NCBI GenBank assembly: GCA_051652765.1
Contig: JBOFUV010000134.1
Coordinates: 1-40,508, forward strand
Origin: Microcoleaceae cyanobacterium
GTDB taxonomy: Bacteria > Cyanobacteriota > Cyanobacteriia > Cyanobacteriales > Microcoleaceae
Direction: 5' to 3'
DNA: 40,508 bases
Position numbers and translations under genes: made by a program. Shown piece after piece: positions 1 through 10,230 of the stretch (the stretch's first letter is position 1; every line of letters begins with the position of its first letter). Below the pieces are notes generated by a model. It did not search any database. It was given only the letters and a program-made list of their open reading frames with translations, and was not told the DNA's origin.

Positions 1-284
1 TGGTCTACATAAGCTTGCCCCCAGCCCACTAGTGGCAACGCAACCAATTCTGTCGAGGGAGAACAGGAGTACAGCTCTTGTAAAATCCGAATCGCGATCG
101 CATCTTCCCCATGACCATTACTCAAGCACAGTATTTTCAGACTCAAATCCTTACTCCCAGATCATCCACAAGCACCCTGTTGTTGGGGTTAATGACAGCA
201 ACAGAGCCAAAACAGCTTAATTCATTGAGGTGATGTCGGCAATAAGACACTGTTAAGTGCCGTGATGCCTTTCTGTGCATCAAC

Positions 285-350
285 ATATTTAAGTCAATAT
301 ATTTAAGTCAATGTATTTAAGTCAATGTATTTAAGTCAATATATTTAAGT
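285..350. repeat. 14-bp tandem repeat (TATTTAAGTCAATR) x ~4.6
   Basis: Units start at 286, 300, 314, 328 and 342 (partial). Confidence 0.95.
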
Positions 351-469
351 GACGCACTGTTTCAGAGCTAATATTGCCCGCAACGAACTCGAGTGGATAA
401 GGCTGTTTTGACTTGGCCAAGACGGATAAAGCGGTACGGTTCCGCATCTACAGTATAAGGTCTATTGAA

Positions 470-523
470 TCTCCCCTTTTCTATCTCCTTTTGAGAAAAG
501 GGGAGATAGAAAAGAGGGGAGAA
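470..523. repeat. Imperfect inverted repeat (hairpin) upstream of RTX gene
   Basis: TCTCCCCTTTTCTATCTCC ... GGAGATAGAAAAGAGGGGGAGA arms. Confidence 0.6.
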
Positions 524-615
524 GTCTCAACCTGCTATTCTACGGAGTACCCTAGATGCTACCTTGGAACATCAAGATACCTACATCTATATCTAATCCG
601 GGGAGTTTGAATCCA

Positions 616-1419
616 ATGGTTGATGAAGTCGTTCAAGCAAGTCCTGTTCCTGCTGGTACTCCACCAATTCTAATTACAGCGGAGATTGATACCTTACTGG
701 GTGGAGAGGGTGCAGATTCTTTTGCACTGAGAAACAATGCCGACCAGCTTGATATTGCCTTGTTCACTCCTGTCCCGACTCAACAGGGAACCCAGCAAGC
801 TGATTCTTTGGTGGGAACCTTGGAGAATGATGTGATCTATGGTCGCTCAGGCAACGACACGATTTCTAGTTTTACGGGCTCTGATATTCTCAACGGGGGG
901 TTTGGGAGTGACTTGCTGTTTAGTGGCCAAGGCAATGATCTGGGGATCGGAGATATTGGCAATGACACGATATTTGGCGATATTGGAGTCGATAGCCTCT
1001 ATGGCGGCGGAGACAGGGATTTACTTTTTGGCAACAATGATTCTGATACGATCTTTGGGGATCAGGCGGATGACAGCCTCTACGGAGGAAGTGGTAACGA
1101 TATTGTTGTCGGGGGAAGTGGCAGTGATATCGTTTTGGGCGATCGCGGCGATGACACTTTGACGGGGATTAGCCGTCGAGGTGCTGGGGTCACTCTGATC
1201 ACAGATTTCAATCCAGACGAAGATACGATTTTGCTGCCCGGTAATATCTTGCAGTACGAACTGGCCCGGTTTGAGGATTTGCTGGTTAGTTTCCCAGTCC
1301 AAGCTTTAGTGGGAACTGCAATTATTTTTATTAACTCCCAGGGCGGGCGAGAAATTATTGCGGTTGTCACCGGCACCGACCCCCTCAATCTGGATTCAAC
1401 TTATGTTAGTTTTATTTGA
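616..1419 (+). CDS. RTX/hemolysin-type calcium-binding repeat protein
   Basis: Multiple GGxGxD nonapeptides (GRSGNDTI, GGFGSDLL, GGSGNDIV) and C-terminal ITDFNPDEDTILL; ORF opens at 556, ATG 616 is a guess for the start. Confidence 0.85.
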   Translation: MVDEVVQASPVPAGTPPILITAEIDTLLGGEGADSFALRNNADQLDIALFTPVPTQQGTQQADSLVGTLENDVIYGRSGNDTISSFTGSDILNGGFGSDLLFSGQGNDLGIGDIGNDTIFGDIGVDSLYGGGDRDLLFGNNDSDTIFGDQADDSLYGGSGNDIVVGGSGSDIVLGDRGDDTLTGISRRGAGVTLITDFNPDEDTILLPGNILQYELARFEDLLVSFPVQALVGTAIIFINSQGGREIIAVVTGTDPLNLDSTYVSFI

Positions 1420-1542
1420 TCAAAAAATTAGTATGCCGGGAATTGTTCTGAGAGAATTGTCCCAAAAGAATTGTCCTAAAAGAATGATGATAGAGGGACT
1501 GCTTCAGGCATGACCTTGAATTGAGCAGCCCATGGCAGCAGC

Positions 1543-2406
1543 CTACTCTACAGTGAAGTCATTCAGGTCAGGATTCGGCCTCAATTGGCTGTCGTTAACG
1601 CCCAGGGTAAACTCTCGAATATACTCCACCACTACCTCGGGTGCTTCTATCAGTAAATTTTGACCCTCTACCTGCACTATGTGACGCTGGGTCAGGGGGG
1701 CTAACGTCTCATAGGATTGACTCTGGGAACAAGCGATCGCCTGTTCCTGAGACCCCTGTAAAATCAGGATCGGGCGATGAAGGCACGGCAGACGTTCATT
1801 CAGTAACTCAGCTTGATATTCTGCCCAACGCCTCTTGTAGAGGAGCTTGCAGGTTCCGCCAGATCTTTGTAGTTCTCGTCGTAGCTGTAACCATTGATTA
1901 ACCTTGCCGCCTTGACCCAATAGGATGGCCAAAGGATGAATCAGGGTCAACCCCAAACAACTGAAAGAAGGAGACTGAACCAGCGATCGCACCCATTGCC
2001 GATGTTTCTTGAGTTCAGGCACCTGAACCCCTTCAGGAGAGAGTAAAATCAAGCCCTGCACTTGTTCCAGGTATTTGAGCGCATAATTGGCTGCGATCCA
2101 TCCTCCGACTGAATGGCCGACTAGATAAACTCGTTGTAGTTTCAAGGCGCGCAAGTATTCAGCCAAGATTTCCGTCACGGCATGAATCGAGTAATGCCCT
2201 GTGAGTTCATCAGATTCTCCACATCCCGGCAAATCCACCACCAAACAGTGATACTGAGCGGACAAGTCCTGTGCAACCGATAACCACCCACTGCCATCCT
2301 GTCCTATCCCATGTAGAAACACGATGGTCGTTCCCTGACCCAGTTCGCGCCAGAATAGATGGCCCTGAGACAGTTGAATGTGAGCGTAATGGAGCGGTTG
2401 ATACAT
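1543..2406 (-). CDS. alpha/beta fold hydrolase
   Basis: VFLHG, DLPGCGES and the GHSVGG nucleophile elbow. Confidence 0.88.
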   Translation of the reverse strand: MYQPLHYAHIQLSQGHLFWRELGQGTTIVFLHGIGQDGSGWLSVAQDLSAQYHCLVVDLPGCGESDELTGHYSIHAVTEILAEYLRALKLQRVYLVGHSVGGWIAANYALKYLEQVQGLILLSPEGVQVPELKKHRQWVRSLVQSPSFSCLGLTLIHPLAILLGQGGKVNQWLQLRRELQRSGGTCKLLYKRRWAEYQAELLNERLPCLHRPILILQGSQEQAIACSQSQSYETLAPLTQRHIVQVEGQNLLIEAPEVVVEYIREFTLGVNDSQLRPNPDLNDFTVE

Positions 2407-2560
2407 GCTGCTAAATTGGCTGCTAAATTTGTCAGGAACGAGATTTGAATAGTCTACCTTACAGACTGGATGCAGTTGCAGTCAACGGGGTTAGACTAAC
2501 CCACCGACTTAAGTAACTCACTTAAGTAACTCACCTCAGCAACCAATCTAAGCAACTCAT

Positions 2561-3028
2561 CTAAGCAACTGTTGTGCCTCCTGCCAAATAATCTTGAACC
2601 TGGCGAGAGTAATCGTAGCTCAGATTGTCTAGGGGAATTTGGCTGGGACTAAATGCCTGTACCTCAGTAATTTCTGAAGTATCCTGAACTTTCATTGTGC
2701 CTTGAACTTTAGCCGCGATCAGAATACAGATCGAATGTACCCTTGGATCGCGATCGGGGGCAGAGTAAACCCCAACCAAGCGATCCAGTTCAACGACTTC
2801 TAAACCGGTTTCTTCTTGCAGTTCTCGACGGGCCGTAGTCAGAATATCCTCTCCCCAATCCACCATTCCTCCCGGTAAAGCCCACTTCCCGTTATCTCGT
2901 CTGCGGACAAGTACAATCTGACCATCCGACAGAATAGGGACAATACTGACTCCCGTAACAGGGTGACGAAAGATAATCCCAAGCACGGCTTGACCAAACT
3001 GCCACAGTCGCTTTACCGATTCAACCAT
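2561..3028 (-). CDS. NUDIX hydrolase
   Basis: Nudix box GGMVDWGEDILTTARRELQEETG. Confidence 0.92.
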   Translation of the reverse strand: MVESVKRLWQFGQAVLGIIFRHPVTGVSIVPILSDGQIVLVRRRDNGKWALPGGMVDWGEDILTTARRELQEETGLEVVELDRLVGVYSAPDRDPRVHSICILIAAKVQGTMKVQDTSEITEVQAFSPSQIPLDNLSYDYSRQVQDYLAGGTTVA

Positions 3029-3142
3029 CGTGTTTTAAGAATCTATATTTAAGACTCTATAGTTAACGCTCTATTTTAACGCTCTGTTTTAATAAGCTGT
3101 TCTAAGACTCTGTATCACCATGATTTGGATTCACCCACTGAT

Positions 3143-3610
3143 TCAAGAGTCTGCTGTCAGAGCCTGCAACACTTCATCAGCATGGAGTTCAGGTTTGACC
3201 TTATGATAAATCTTTTGAATTTTCCCTTGGGAATCAATCACAAAGGTATGCCGGGAGATGCCCATGTATTCCTTTCCCATAAACTTTTTCAAACCATAAC
3301 TTTCATAGGATTCTGCAACTTTTCCCCCAGCATCACTCAGGAGTGGAAAAGGTAATTGATATTTCGTCACAAACTTGGTGTGGGATTTAGCATCGTCGGT
3401 ACTAATGCCCAAAACCACAACATTTTGGGCTTGGTAATCTTCGTGGCGATCGCGAAATCCACAGGCTTCTTTGGTGCAACCGGGGGTATTGTCCCGAGGG
3501 TAAAAATAAAGCACAACCGTTTTTCCTCGGAAGTCACTTAAACTCACCGATTGACCGTCGGCATCGGGAAGGGTAAAGTCAGGGGCCAAATCACCTGGAT
3601 TCAAAGTCAT
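3143..3610 (-). CDS. bcp: Peroxiredoxin Q / BCP thiol peroxidase
   Basis: [15 protein letters not shown] motif. Confidence 0.95.
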   Translation of the reverse strand: MTLNPGDLAPDFTLPDADGQSVSLSDFRGKTVVLYFYPRDNTPGCTKEACGFRDRHEDYQAQNVVVLGISTDDAKSHTKFVTKYQLPFPLLSDAGGKVAESYESYGLKKFMGKEYMGISRHTFVIDSQGKIQKIYHKVKPELHADEVLQALTADS

Positions 3611-3922
3611 GTTAAAGGTTTAACGTCCAAGTCTAGGGTTCAGAGAATTTCAATCAGTTGCCCAGAGTGGCCCGAAAGAGTTCAAGCCTCAGGGTCTCTG
3701 ATCTGTTGTCAATACTCATCACTCTAAGTTTACTCCACCGACGAGATGGGGAGTAGGGTCAGGGAGTAGAGCAGGAGCTAAATCAGTAAAAACGGCTGTA
3801 ATGAAGCTGTTATGAAATTGTTATGAAATTGTCGAGCAAGCTCGTTTGGAGTTTGGTCAGTAGAGGCGATAAACTGGATTTTGGCGTGTAAGTTAGTTGT
3901 TCTGAGGGGAACGGATTCAACG

Positions 3923-4648
3923 GTGAGAAAAAAGATTATCGCAGGAAACTGGAAGATGTTTAAAACCCAGACAGAAGCCCAAGAGTTTTTGCAGGGTTTT
4001 GCGGGTCACTTGGATGACACTCCAGAAGATCGGGAAGTGGTGCTGTGTGTGCCTTTTACAGACTTGTGGGCCATGTCCAAGAATTTGCATGGCAGTCGGG
4101 TACGGTTGGGCGCGCAGAACCTTCACTGGGAGGATGCAGGAGCCTATACTGGGGAAATCTCTGGCTCCATGTTGATAGAGATGGGGGTACGATATGTGAT
4201 TGTGGGTCACAGCGAACGCCGAGCATATTTTGGAGAAACGGATAAAACAGTTAACTTGAGGCTCAAGGCGGCCCAGCGTCATGGTCTAATTCCTATTCTA
4301 TGTGTGGGAGAGAGTAAGCAACAGCGAGATTTTGGAGAGACAGAAACCCATATTTTTTCGCAACTAGAACAGAATCTGATCAATGTCGATCAACACAAGT
4401 TAGTGATTGCCTACGAACCCATTTGGGCAATTGGCACTGGGGAAACCTGTGATTGTGAAGAAGCCAATCGAGTGATTGGGTTAATTCGGAGCAAGTTGAG
4501 TCATCCCAATGTGCCAATTCAGTACGGCGGTTCTGTCAAGCCGGACAATGTCGATGACATCATGGGGCAATCTGAAATTGATGGGACTTTAGTCGGGGGA
4601 GCCAGTTTACAACCGGACAGCTTTGCCCGGATTGTCAATTATCACTGA
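3923..4648 (+). CDS. tpiA: Triosephosphate isomerase
   Basis: [31 protein letters not shown] 3923 probable start. Confidence 0.98.
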   Translation: MRKKIIAGNWKMFKTQTEAQEFLQGFAGHLDDTPEDREVVLCVPFTDLWAMSKNLHGSRVRLGAQNLHWEDAGAYTGEISGSMLIEMGVRYVIVGHSERRAYFGETDKTVNLRLKAAQRHGLIPILCVGESKQQRDFGETETHIFSQLEQNLINVDQHKLVIAYEPIWAIGTGETCDCEEANRVIGLIRSKLSHPNVPIQYGGSVKPDNVDDIMGQSEIDGTLVGGASLQPDSFARIVNYH

Positions 4649-4750
4649 AATCTGAATTTCAGGGTCTCAAGCTTGCAGCTTCAAGTCTTAACTTTGCCAC
4701 TCACTAATTCAGACTGAGGCTTTGCCTTGTCAGTCAACTGGAAAGCAACC

Positions 4751-5632
4751 ATGGTCAGAAGTCTCAAAATTCGAGATCAAGTCTTTGATTGGGGTTCTCG
4801 AACTTATGTAATGGGGGTGTTGAATGTCACCCCGGATAGTTTTAGTGATGGGGGTCGGTTTAATACAATAGAAACAGCGATCGCTCAGGCCAAAAGCATG
4901 ATCGAAGCGGGAGTGGATATCATCGATATTGGTGGACAGTCTACTCGACCGGGATCGAACCTGATTTCTCTTGAGGAGGAACTGAGGCGAGTAATTCCAG
5001 TGGTAGAGGCTTTGCGAACCCAGGGCGGTGAATTCGCTAAAATCCCGATTTCAGTGGATACCACGGTTTCTATGGTAGCCAAAGCAGCCGTAAAAGCGGG
5101 GGCAGACCTCGTGAACGATATTTCTGGGGCCGCTTTTGATCCCCAAATGATTGCAACGGTGGCTGCGTTAGGAATACCGATTGTGTTGATGCATCTTCGG
5201 GGTACTCCAAAAACAATGCAAACGCTGACCCAGTATCAAGACTTAATAGGGGAAATTAGTCAGTTTCTACAGTCCAGAATTCAAGCCTGTCAGATGGCTG
5301 GGATTAACCTGGATCAGATCATTCTTGATCCAGGTATTGGGTTTGCCAAAACCTATGAACAAAACTTAGAAATTCTACGCAGATTGCCGGAGCTAAACGT
5401 ACTGCACTGTCCAATTTTAATTGGCCCTTCCCGCAAAAGTTTTATTGGTCATATTCTGAATCAACCCAATCCCCAAGCCAGGGATTGGGGAACAGCGGCG
5501 GCCTGCGTGAGTGCGATCGCGGGTTCTGCTGATATTGTCCGAGTTCATGACGTGAAGGCAATGGTTGAGGTCTGTCAAGTTGCTGATGCGATTTACCGGA
5601 CAAGATTTACCGGACAAATGTCTAGAGGGTAA
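4751..5632 (+). CDS. folP: Dihydropteroate synthase
   Basis: MGVLNVTPDSFSDGG, DIGGQSTRPG, DPGIGF, SRKSF, RVHDV. Confidence 0.98.
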   Translation: MVRSLKIRDQVFDWGSRTYVMGVLNVTPDSFSDGGRFNTIETAIAQAKSMIEAGVDIIDIGGQSTRPGSNLISLEEELRRVIPVVEALRTQGGEFAKIPISVDTTVSMVAKAAVKAGADLVNDISGAAFDPQMIATVAALGIPIVLMHLRGTPKTMQTLTQYQDLIGEISQFLQSRIQACQMAGINLDQIILDPGIGFAKTYEQNLEILRRLPELNVLHCPILIGPSRKSFIGHILNQPNPQARDWGTAAACVSAIAGSADIVRVHDVKAMVEVCQVADAIYRTRFTGQMSRG

Positions 5633-5658
5633 TCCAGATGTCTGCTTGATGCAGTATC

Positions 5659-5694
5659 TATGAAAGCATTTATGAAAGCATTTATGAAGGCGTT
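5659..5694. repeat. 12-bp tandem repeat (TATGAAAGCATT) x3
   Basis: Two exact copies and one diverged copy. Confidence 0.8.
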
Positions 5695-5757
5695 CATAAA
5701 GATAACCGCTTTTGGCATAAGTTGGCATAAGGGCCGCAAAATATTCCCAGGTATTTT

Positions 5758-6279
5758 TTACAGCGGCAAGCTTTTCAGTATGTACTCGGCCCGAGCAATA
5801 TCTCCCTCTGTCCCTTCGACAATCAGTAACACGCTACCCCTCGAAATCTGCTGACTATAGGCTTTGGCTTGCTCCGAGGTGAGTCCCAGGCCAATGAGTC
5901 CCCCCATCAGTCCCCCTGCAGCCGTGCAAACTCCGCCACTCAAAAGCGTGAACGCGATCGCAGAAGACAACATCAGTTGACCTAGACCCGGAAGTGCCAT
6001 GAGCCCAGCACCCAGCAGCAGCCCTGTGGTGCCACCCACAAGATTACCTAGAACAATACCTTTTTTAAGTCCAGTTGCAGTTCCTGTGATCGTTCCATAG
6101 GTGCTCGGGAGAAGCGGCAAGGACTGTTGTTGAGTCTCGGTTAATCCATGGCCTAACAGGAACACTTGGGCAATGGGAAAGCCTGAAAAAACGAGGTGAT
6201 CAAGGGATTGTCCTGCGGCCTCACGACTTGAAAACGTTCTGATGACTTGTCGGTGCTGGGTCAGAATAGCATTAAACAT
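5758..6279 (-). CDS. Glycine-zipper membrane protein (general stress protein 17M-like)
   Basis: GxxxG-rich hydrophobic segment, LPGLG, and 'GLGLTSEQAKAYSQQISRGSVLLIV' tail typical of this family. Confidence 0.75.
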   Translation of the reverse strand: MFNAILTQHRQVIRTFSSREAAGQSLDHLVFSGFPIAQVFLLGHGLTETQQQSLPLLPSTYGTITGTATGLKKGIVLGNLVGGTTGLLLGAGLMALPGLGQLMLSSAIAFTLLSGGVCTAAGGLMGGLIGLGLTSEQAKAYSQQISRGSVLLIVEGTEGDIARAEYILKSLPL

Positions 6280-6511
6280 TGCTTGGCCTTGATGAATTTT
6301 ATTTTTTCTGTATCCTTCAATACTATTTTACCCAAAACCAAACAAAGACTCAGCAGTTATGTCAGAAAAGTTTGACAGAAAAATTAGCAAAAAAAATTGA
6401 CAAAAAAAATCACGGGAAGGAGAGAACCCGCGATCGCAGCAAGACAAAGCATTGTGGCTGGCTGAATTATGTTTGGCTGACTCTTAGAGCTAAATCTTCA
6501 GGGCTAAACTC

Positions 6512-6835
6512 TTAGGTTCGAGGTGCATACATAATCACTAAAACACCCAGCAGGGCAATCCAGCCCCCCAGCCAATCGTATTTGTCGGGGGTCACCCGAT
6601 CAATCCCCCAACCCCACAGGATTGATAGCACGATGAACACACCGCCGTAAGCTGCATAGACCCGCCCAAAGTTAGCAGTCTGCAAGGTGGGAATCACACC
6701 ATAAGCGACTAAAAACACAGCACCAATCACTGCCAACCAAACGCTTTTTCCTTCCCGCAGCCACAGCCAAAACAAATAGCCGCCGCCAATTTCACACAAT
6801 CCAGCCAGCACAAAAAACAGTAACGACTTGATCAT
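6512..6835 (-). CDS. ynfA: YnfA/UPF0060 small 4-TM membrane protein (SMR-like)
   Basis: [11 protein letters not shown] and [13 protein letters not shown] signatures; start overlaps PII stop (ATGA). Confidence 0.92.
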   Translation of the reverse strand: MIKSLLFFVLAGLCEIGGGYLFWLWLREGKSVWLAVIGAVFLVAYGVIPTLQTANFGRVYAAYGGVFIVLSILWGWGIDRVTPDKYDWLGGWIALLGVLVIMYAPRT

Positions 6836-7233
6836 TTTTTCTTCAAGGGGTCACTCAGGGTTGCAGGCTCTTCAATCGTCAATGCAGCCTCGTTTTCTTC
6901 CCCTGTCCGAATGCGAATCGCCCGACTGACCGGAATCACAAACAGCTTACCATCTCCAATGGTTCCTGTTTTTGCCGTAGTCACAATAGTATCGACGACA
7001 TCATCCACCACGTTGTCATTCACTACAACTTCAATTCTAACTTTCGGTATAAAGTCAATGGTGAAGGGTTTACCCTCCATATCAAGTAGTCCTAAAAAGG
7101 CTAGGGGTCGGCCCTTTTGTCGGCCAAATCCCTTCGCGCCTGTCACGGTCATTCCCTGGACACCGAGTCTAACTAAGGCTTCTTTCACGGCCTCCAATTT
7201 ATTGGGCTGAATGATGGCAAGAATTAATTGCAT
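6832..7233 (-). CDS. PII-family signal transduction protein, non-canonical paralogue
   Basis: GMTV, GFGRQKG, [11 protein letters not shown] and RIRTGE motifs; divergent T-loop and C-terminal extension. Confidence 0.93.
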   Translation of the reverse strand: MQLILAIIQPNKLEAVKEALVRLGVQGMTVTGAKGFGRQKGRPLAFLGLLDMEGKPFTIDFIPKVRIEVVVNDNVVDDVVDTIVTTAKTGTIGDGKLFVIPVSRAIRIRTGEENEAALTIEEPATLSDPLKKK

Positions 7234-7334
7234 AAGATTGCGATTCCCTCGTCTTGGGGCTAATGATAAGTGATGTGAGAACAGCTTTGCGTGGGAAAAG
7301 CTGATGTTTCTGGTAGACCACCGTTCCTCAATGC

Positions 7335-8900
7335 CTAACGATACTTGGAAGAACTGACCTGATCGCGCAGAGGATGACTGAGATCAGCAGGCAAGAACAG
7401 GGGTCTGCCCTTAATCATGCTATCTCCAATCAAGTAAGCAAATCCGGCGACAAAGAACGCAATGGACAGCCCAATTGCGGTAATAGCATTGAGTCTTGTG
7501 CTTCCTGACCCCGTTAAACCATAATAAAAAATCCCGCATACCATCGCGAGATTGGTAATTAAGCCGAGGGTGGGAATCACAATGGTTTTAAAGACATTAT
7601 GCTCATCGTCCAACAGATGCTCTAAGGTTGCAATCAACGTGACTCCACAGGTAATCCCGTAAAGCATGAACGTGCCAATGTTGGACACCAGGGTCACAAT
7701 CGTCACATTATCCACACTTTGCACCGCATAGGCCCCAATCAACGCAGACAGTCCCGCCAGAAAATAGATTCCCATATGGGGTGTGTTGTATTGACCATGC
7801 AAGAACCCAAAAACCGCTGGAAGTTCCCGATCATTGCCCATGGCATAGCTGATGCGGACTCCCGTTGAAAGCGATGACAGGGCCGTTCCAATCAGTGCCA
7901 TCACCACAGTTCCGGCGATGATGATCTGCAACAAAAATCCATTCCCAAACAACAACTCATCCCCCAATATTTTCGCCATGTCACCAATTGGCGCACCGGA
8001 GGACAAGGCAGCCGCAAACCCCGTTACCGTTTGACCATCAACCGTTGCTGTATATTGATCTCCAATAAAAAAGTTGGCCGCAAAATATTCAAAAAAGTAG
8101 CAGATGCACGCCTGAATAAATAACGATAAAATTACACCTCTGGGAATATCGCGCTGAGGATTCACCGCCTCTCCAGCCATGGCAGTCGCAGATTCAAATC
8201 CAACCAGCAACAGAATCGCAATCGTCGCCTGATAAATCAGTCCCAACAAATCATGGGGAACTACGACACTGAGGGCATTCGCATGTTCATAATTGACATT
8301 GGGATGCCCCAACCGATAGACAATCATCAACAGTCCCAGAAAGGTTAGAGAAGTAATCTGAACAATGTTGATGATGATATTAATCAACGTAGAACCCGTC
8401 ACCCCAATCAGGGCAATACTTCCCACTAGCCCAGCAAAGATAAAGCAAATTAAGGCTTTACTGAACCAACCGGACGCAAAATCAGGATTAAACAATTGTC
8501 CAATGTAAACAATCAGCGTTCCCATGAAGCTGATCATGATGCCGGGATAAACCCAGTAATACAGGTGAGCCGCCCATCCCGTTACAAACTTAGCCAGACG
8601 CGCTAAACGAAAGTGCTTGTGTTCTTCCTTCGCTAAAATTGCCGCCTCAGCATAATAATAGGAACTCCCGGCTCCAGCATCCGGGTAAGCTTTGGAGAGG
8701 GTCGCATAACAACTGGCCGTGAGCATTGCAATCACTGTTGCCAGGGCGATCGCCGCCCACATGTTACGAGCAGAGGTAGGAGGAGCTTGAAGTTGGTAGG
8801 TTGTCCATAGGAAAGCGCCTGGTGCAATCAGGGCCATGGCATTGATCGTGATCCCTACCAAGCCAAGGGTTGGCTTGAGTTCACCACTTGAGCTAGTCAT
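7335..8900 (-). CDS. APC-superfamily amino acid/polyamine permease
   Basis: About 12 hydrophobic segments; AGAGSSYYY, VGFESATAMAGEAVNPQRDIPRG, RISYAMGNDRELP motifs. Confidence 0.93.
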   Translation of the reverse strand: MTSSSGELKPTLGLVGITINAMALIAPGAFLWTTYQLQAPPTSARNMWAAIALATVIAMLTASCYATLSKAYPDAGAGSSYYYAEAAILAKEEHKHFRLARLAKFVTGWAAHLYYWVYPGIMISFMGTLIVYIGQLFNPDFASGWFSKALICFIFAGLVGSIALIGVTGSTLINIIINIVQITSLTFLGLLMIVYRLGHPNVNYEHANALSVVVPHDLLGLIYQATIAILLLVGFESATAMAGEAVNPQRDIPRGVILSLFIQACICYFFEYFAANFFIGDQYTATVDGQTVTGFAAALSSGAPIGDMAKILGDELLFGNGFLLQIIIAGTVVMALIGTALSSLSTGVRISYAMGNDRELPAVFGFLHGQYNTPHMGIYFLAGLSALIGAYAVQSVDNVTIVTLVSNIGTFMLYGITCGVTLIATLEHLLDDEHNVFKTIVIPTLGLITNLAMVCGIFYYGLTGSGSTRLNAITAIGLSIAFFVAGFAYLIGDSMIKGRPLFLPADLSHPLRDQVSSSKYR

Positions 8901-8964
8901 ACTAAGTTGCTATATCCCCCAAAATTACATCACTCCATCTTCAAATGCAGAAACCTACAGATCT

Positions 8965-8978
8965 GTATCGCAATGCAC
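8965..8978 (-). promoter_or_regulatory. Putative NtcA/CRP-family binding site
   Basis: Minus strand GTG-N8-TAC within TGTGCATTGCGATACA, 65 bp upstream of the APC-PII operon. Confidence 0.4.
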
Positions 8979-9106
8979 AAACTACTCTTTCAGGATCTAG
9001 GCTGATTTCGTTGTGATCCTTGCGCTATAGGGTGATGAACTGTGTTGCTAAAACCCTGCGGCCAACTTTCAAGGCTGCAATTCCACAACTTTTGGAGAAA
9101 TTGAGA

Positions 9107-9149
9107 ACAGCTCTACCTAAACCTGTTTCGTGGGTTTAGATAGAGCTGT
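9107..9149 (-). terminator. Stem-loop downstream of tRNA-Val
   Basis: ACAGCTCTACCTAAACC / GGTTTAGATAGAGCTGT, 17-bp arms with one mismatch. Confidence 0.7.
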
Positions 9150-9162
9150 AAAGAACAATAAA

Positions 9163-9234
9163 TGGGCAGTACTGGATTCGAACCAGTGACTCTCTGCTTG
9201 TAAGGCAGATACTCTACCGCTGAGTTAACCGCCC
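9163..9234 (-). tRNA. tRNA-Val (anticodon TAC)
   Basis: Minus strand GGGCGGTTAACTCAGCGGTAGAG...CT-TAC-AA...GGTTCGAATCC...ACTGCCCA; 72 nt cloverleaf, CCA not encoded. Confidence 0.97.
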
Positions 9235-9340
9235 TTAACGGGTATAAATAAGAATAATAGCACAAAGACTGTAGAATAAAAATGCAATTCTCAAATCTTT
9301 TCGAATACTTTCTTGTTGAACACCTTGGAATTCCTCTGTC

Positions 9341-10081
9341 ATGCCCTGTAGTCGCACCCATGATCGCATCACCTTATGGAGTTTGCCTATTGTAGTGGGC
9401 TTGACGTATATTCAGACTCGCAACGAATACTTTCCGCTGTTGGTGGGAACGAGTTTTCTCTTTAGTGGCCTAATGTTTGGCCCGGATCTCGATATTTATT
9501 CCCATCAGTTCCGTCGTTGGGGCTGGTTGCGCTGGATTTGGGTTCCTTATCAAAAGAGTTTGCGCCATCGTTCATTTTTATCCCATGGGCCGCTGATTGG
9601 AACCGCCATTCGCTTGGTTTATCTGGTCACCTGGATGGCTGTTTTAGGGGGCATTCTCCTCACTCTGGCGGGATGGTTTGGATCGCCAGAATTCAGCATC
9701 TTCCAAGGTACCCAACTGGTGCTGCGATCGCTCCATCACCATGACACTAAGTGGATTGCAATTTACTGCGGACTGGAACTGGGATCAATGAGTCACTATC
9801 TGATGGATTGGAGTAATGCAGCTTACAAACGGGTTCAAACCGAAGGACTATCAGGATTATTGACCCCAACTCAGCCCAAAAAACGGAAGCGTTCTGCTAG
9901 CAAACCCAAAAAGATTGATCGAATGATTCCTGAGTCGGTTCCAGCGGGAGAGCTTTCCATAGAAGTCCCTCCAGCCCTTCAGCAACCTTTGTTACCCCCG
10001 ATTGCAGACCCATCTCTGCCGCCTACGGTCACTGCTCCAGTAACCGTTGAGGATCTAACCTTTACAGGTAGTAATCATTAG
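9341..10081 (+). CDS. DUF2227-type metal-binding membrane protein
   Basis: RTHDRIT, GPDLD, HRSFLSHGP, SHYLMD motifs. Confidence 0.85.
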   Translation: MPCSRTHDRITLWSLPIVVGLTYIQTRNEYFPLLVGTSFLFSGLMFGPDLDIYSHQFRRWGWLRWIWVPYQKSLRHRSFLSHGPLIGTAIRLVYLVTWMAVLGGILLTLAGWFGSPEFSIFQGTQLVLRSLHHHDTKWIAIYCGLELGSMSHYLMDWSNAAYKRVQTEGLSGLLTPTQPKKRKRSASKPKKIDRMIPESVPAGELSIEVPPALQQPLLPPIADPSLPPTVTAPVTVEDLTFTGSNH

Positions 10082-10230
10082 GGTCAAGGTTACCTTGCCC
10101 CTAATGATCTTGAAACCCTGGATATTGAGCCGTTCAAGATGTTCAAGATGTGCAAGAACTTTTGTCACTGTTAAGATTTCGATGGATTTCTGGGGACAAT
10201 GGAGTTTGAAAACGTTTTTATCCCCAGATC

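Noticed and set aside
8900..9110. Riboswitch (c-di-AMP or guanidine) upstream of the APC permease
   Set aside because: I could not match the conserved motifs by eye; an Rfam scan would settle it
5632..9234. Genomic island integrated at the tRNA-Val 3' end
   Set aside because: No duplicated tRNA 3' end and no integrase were found
9113..9361. 82-aa ORF
   Set aside because: Overlaps the tRNA-Val gene and its terminator; spurious
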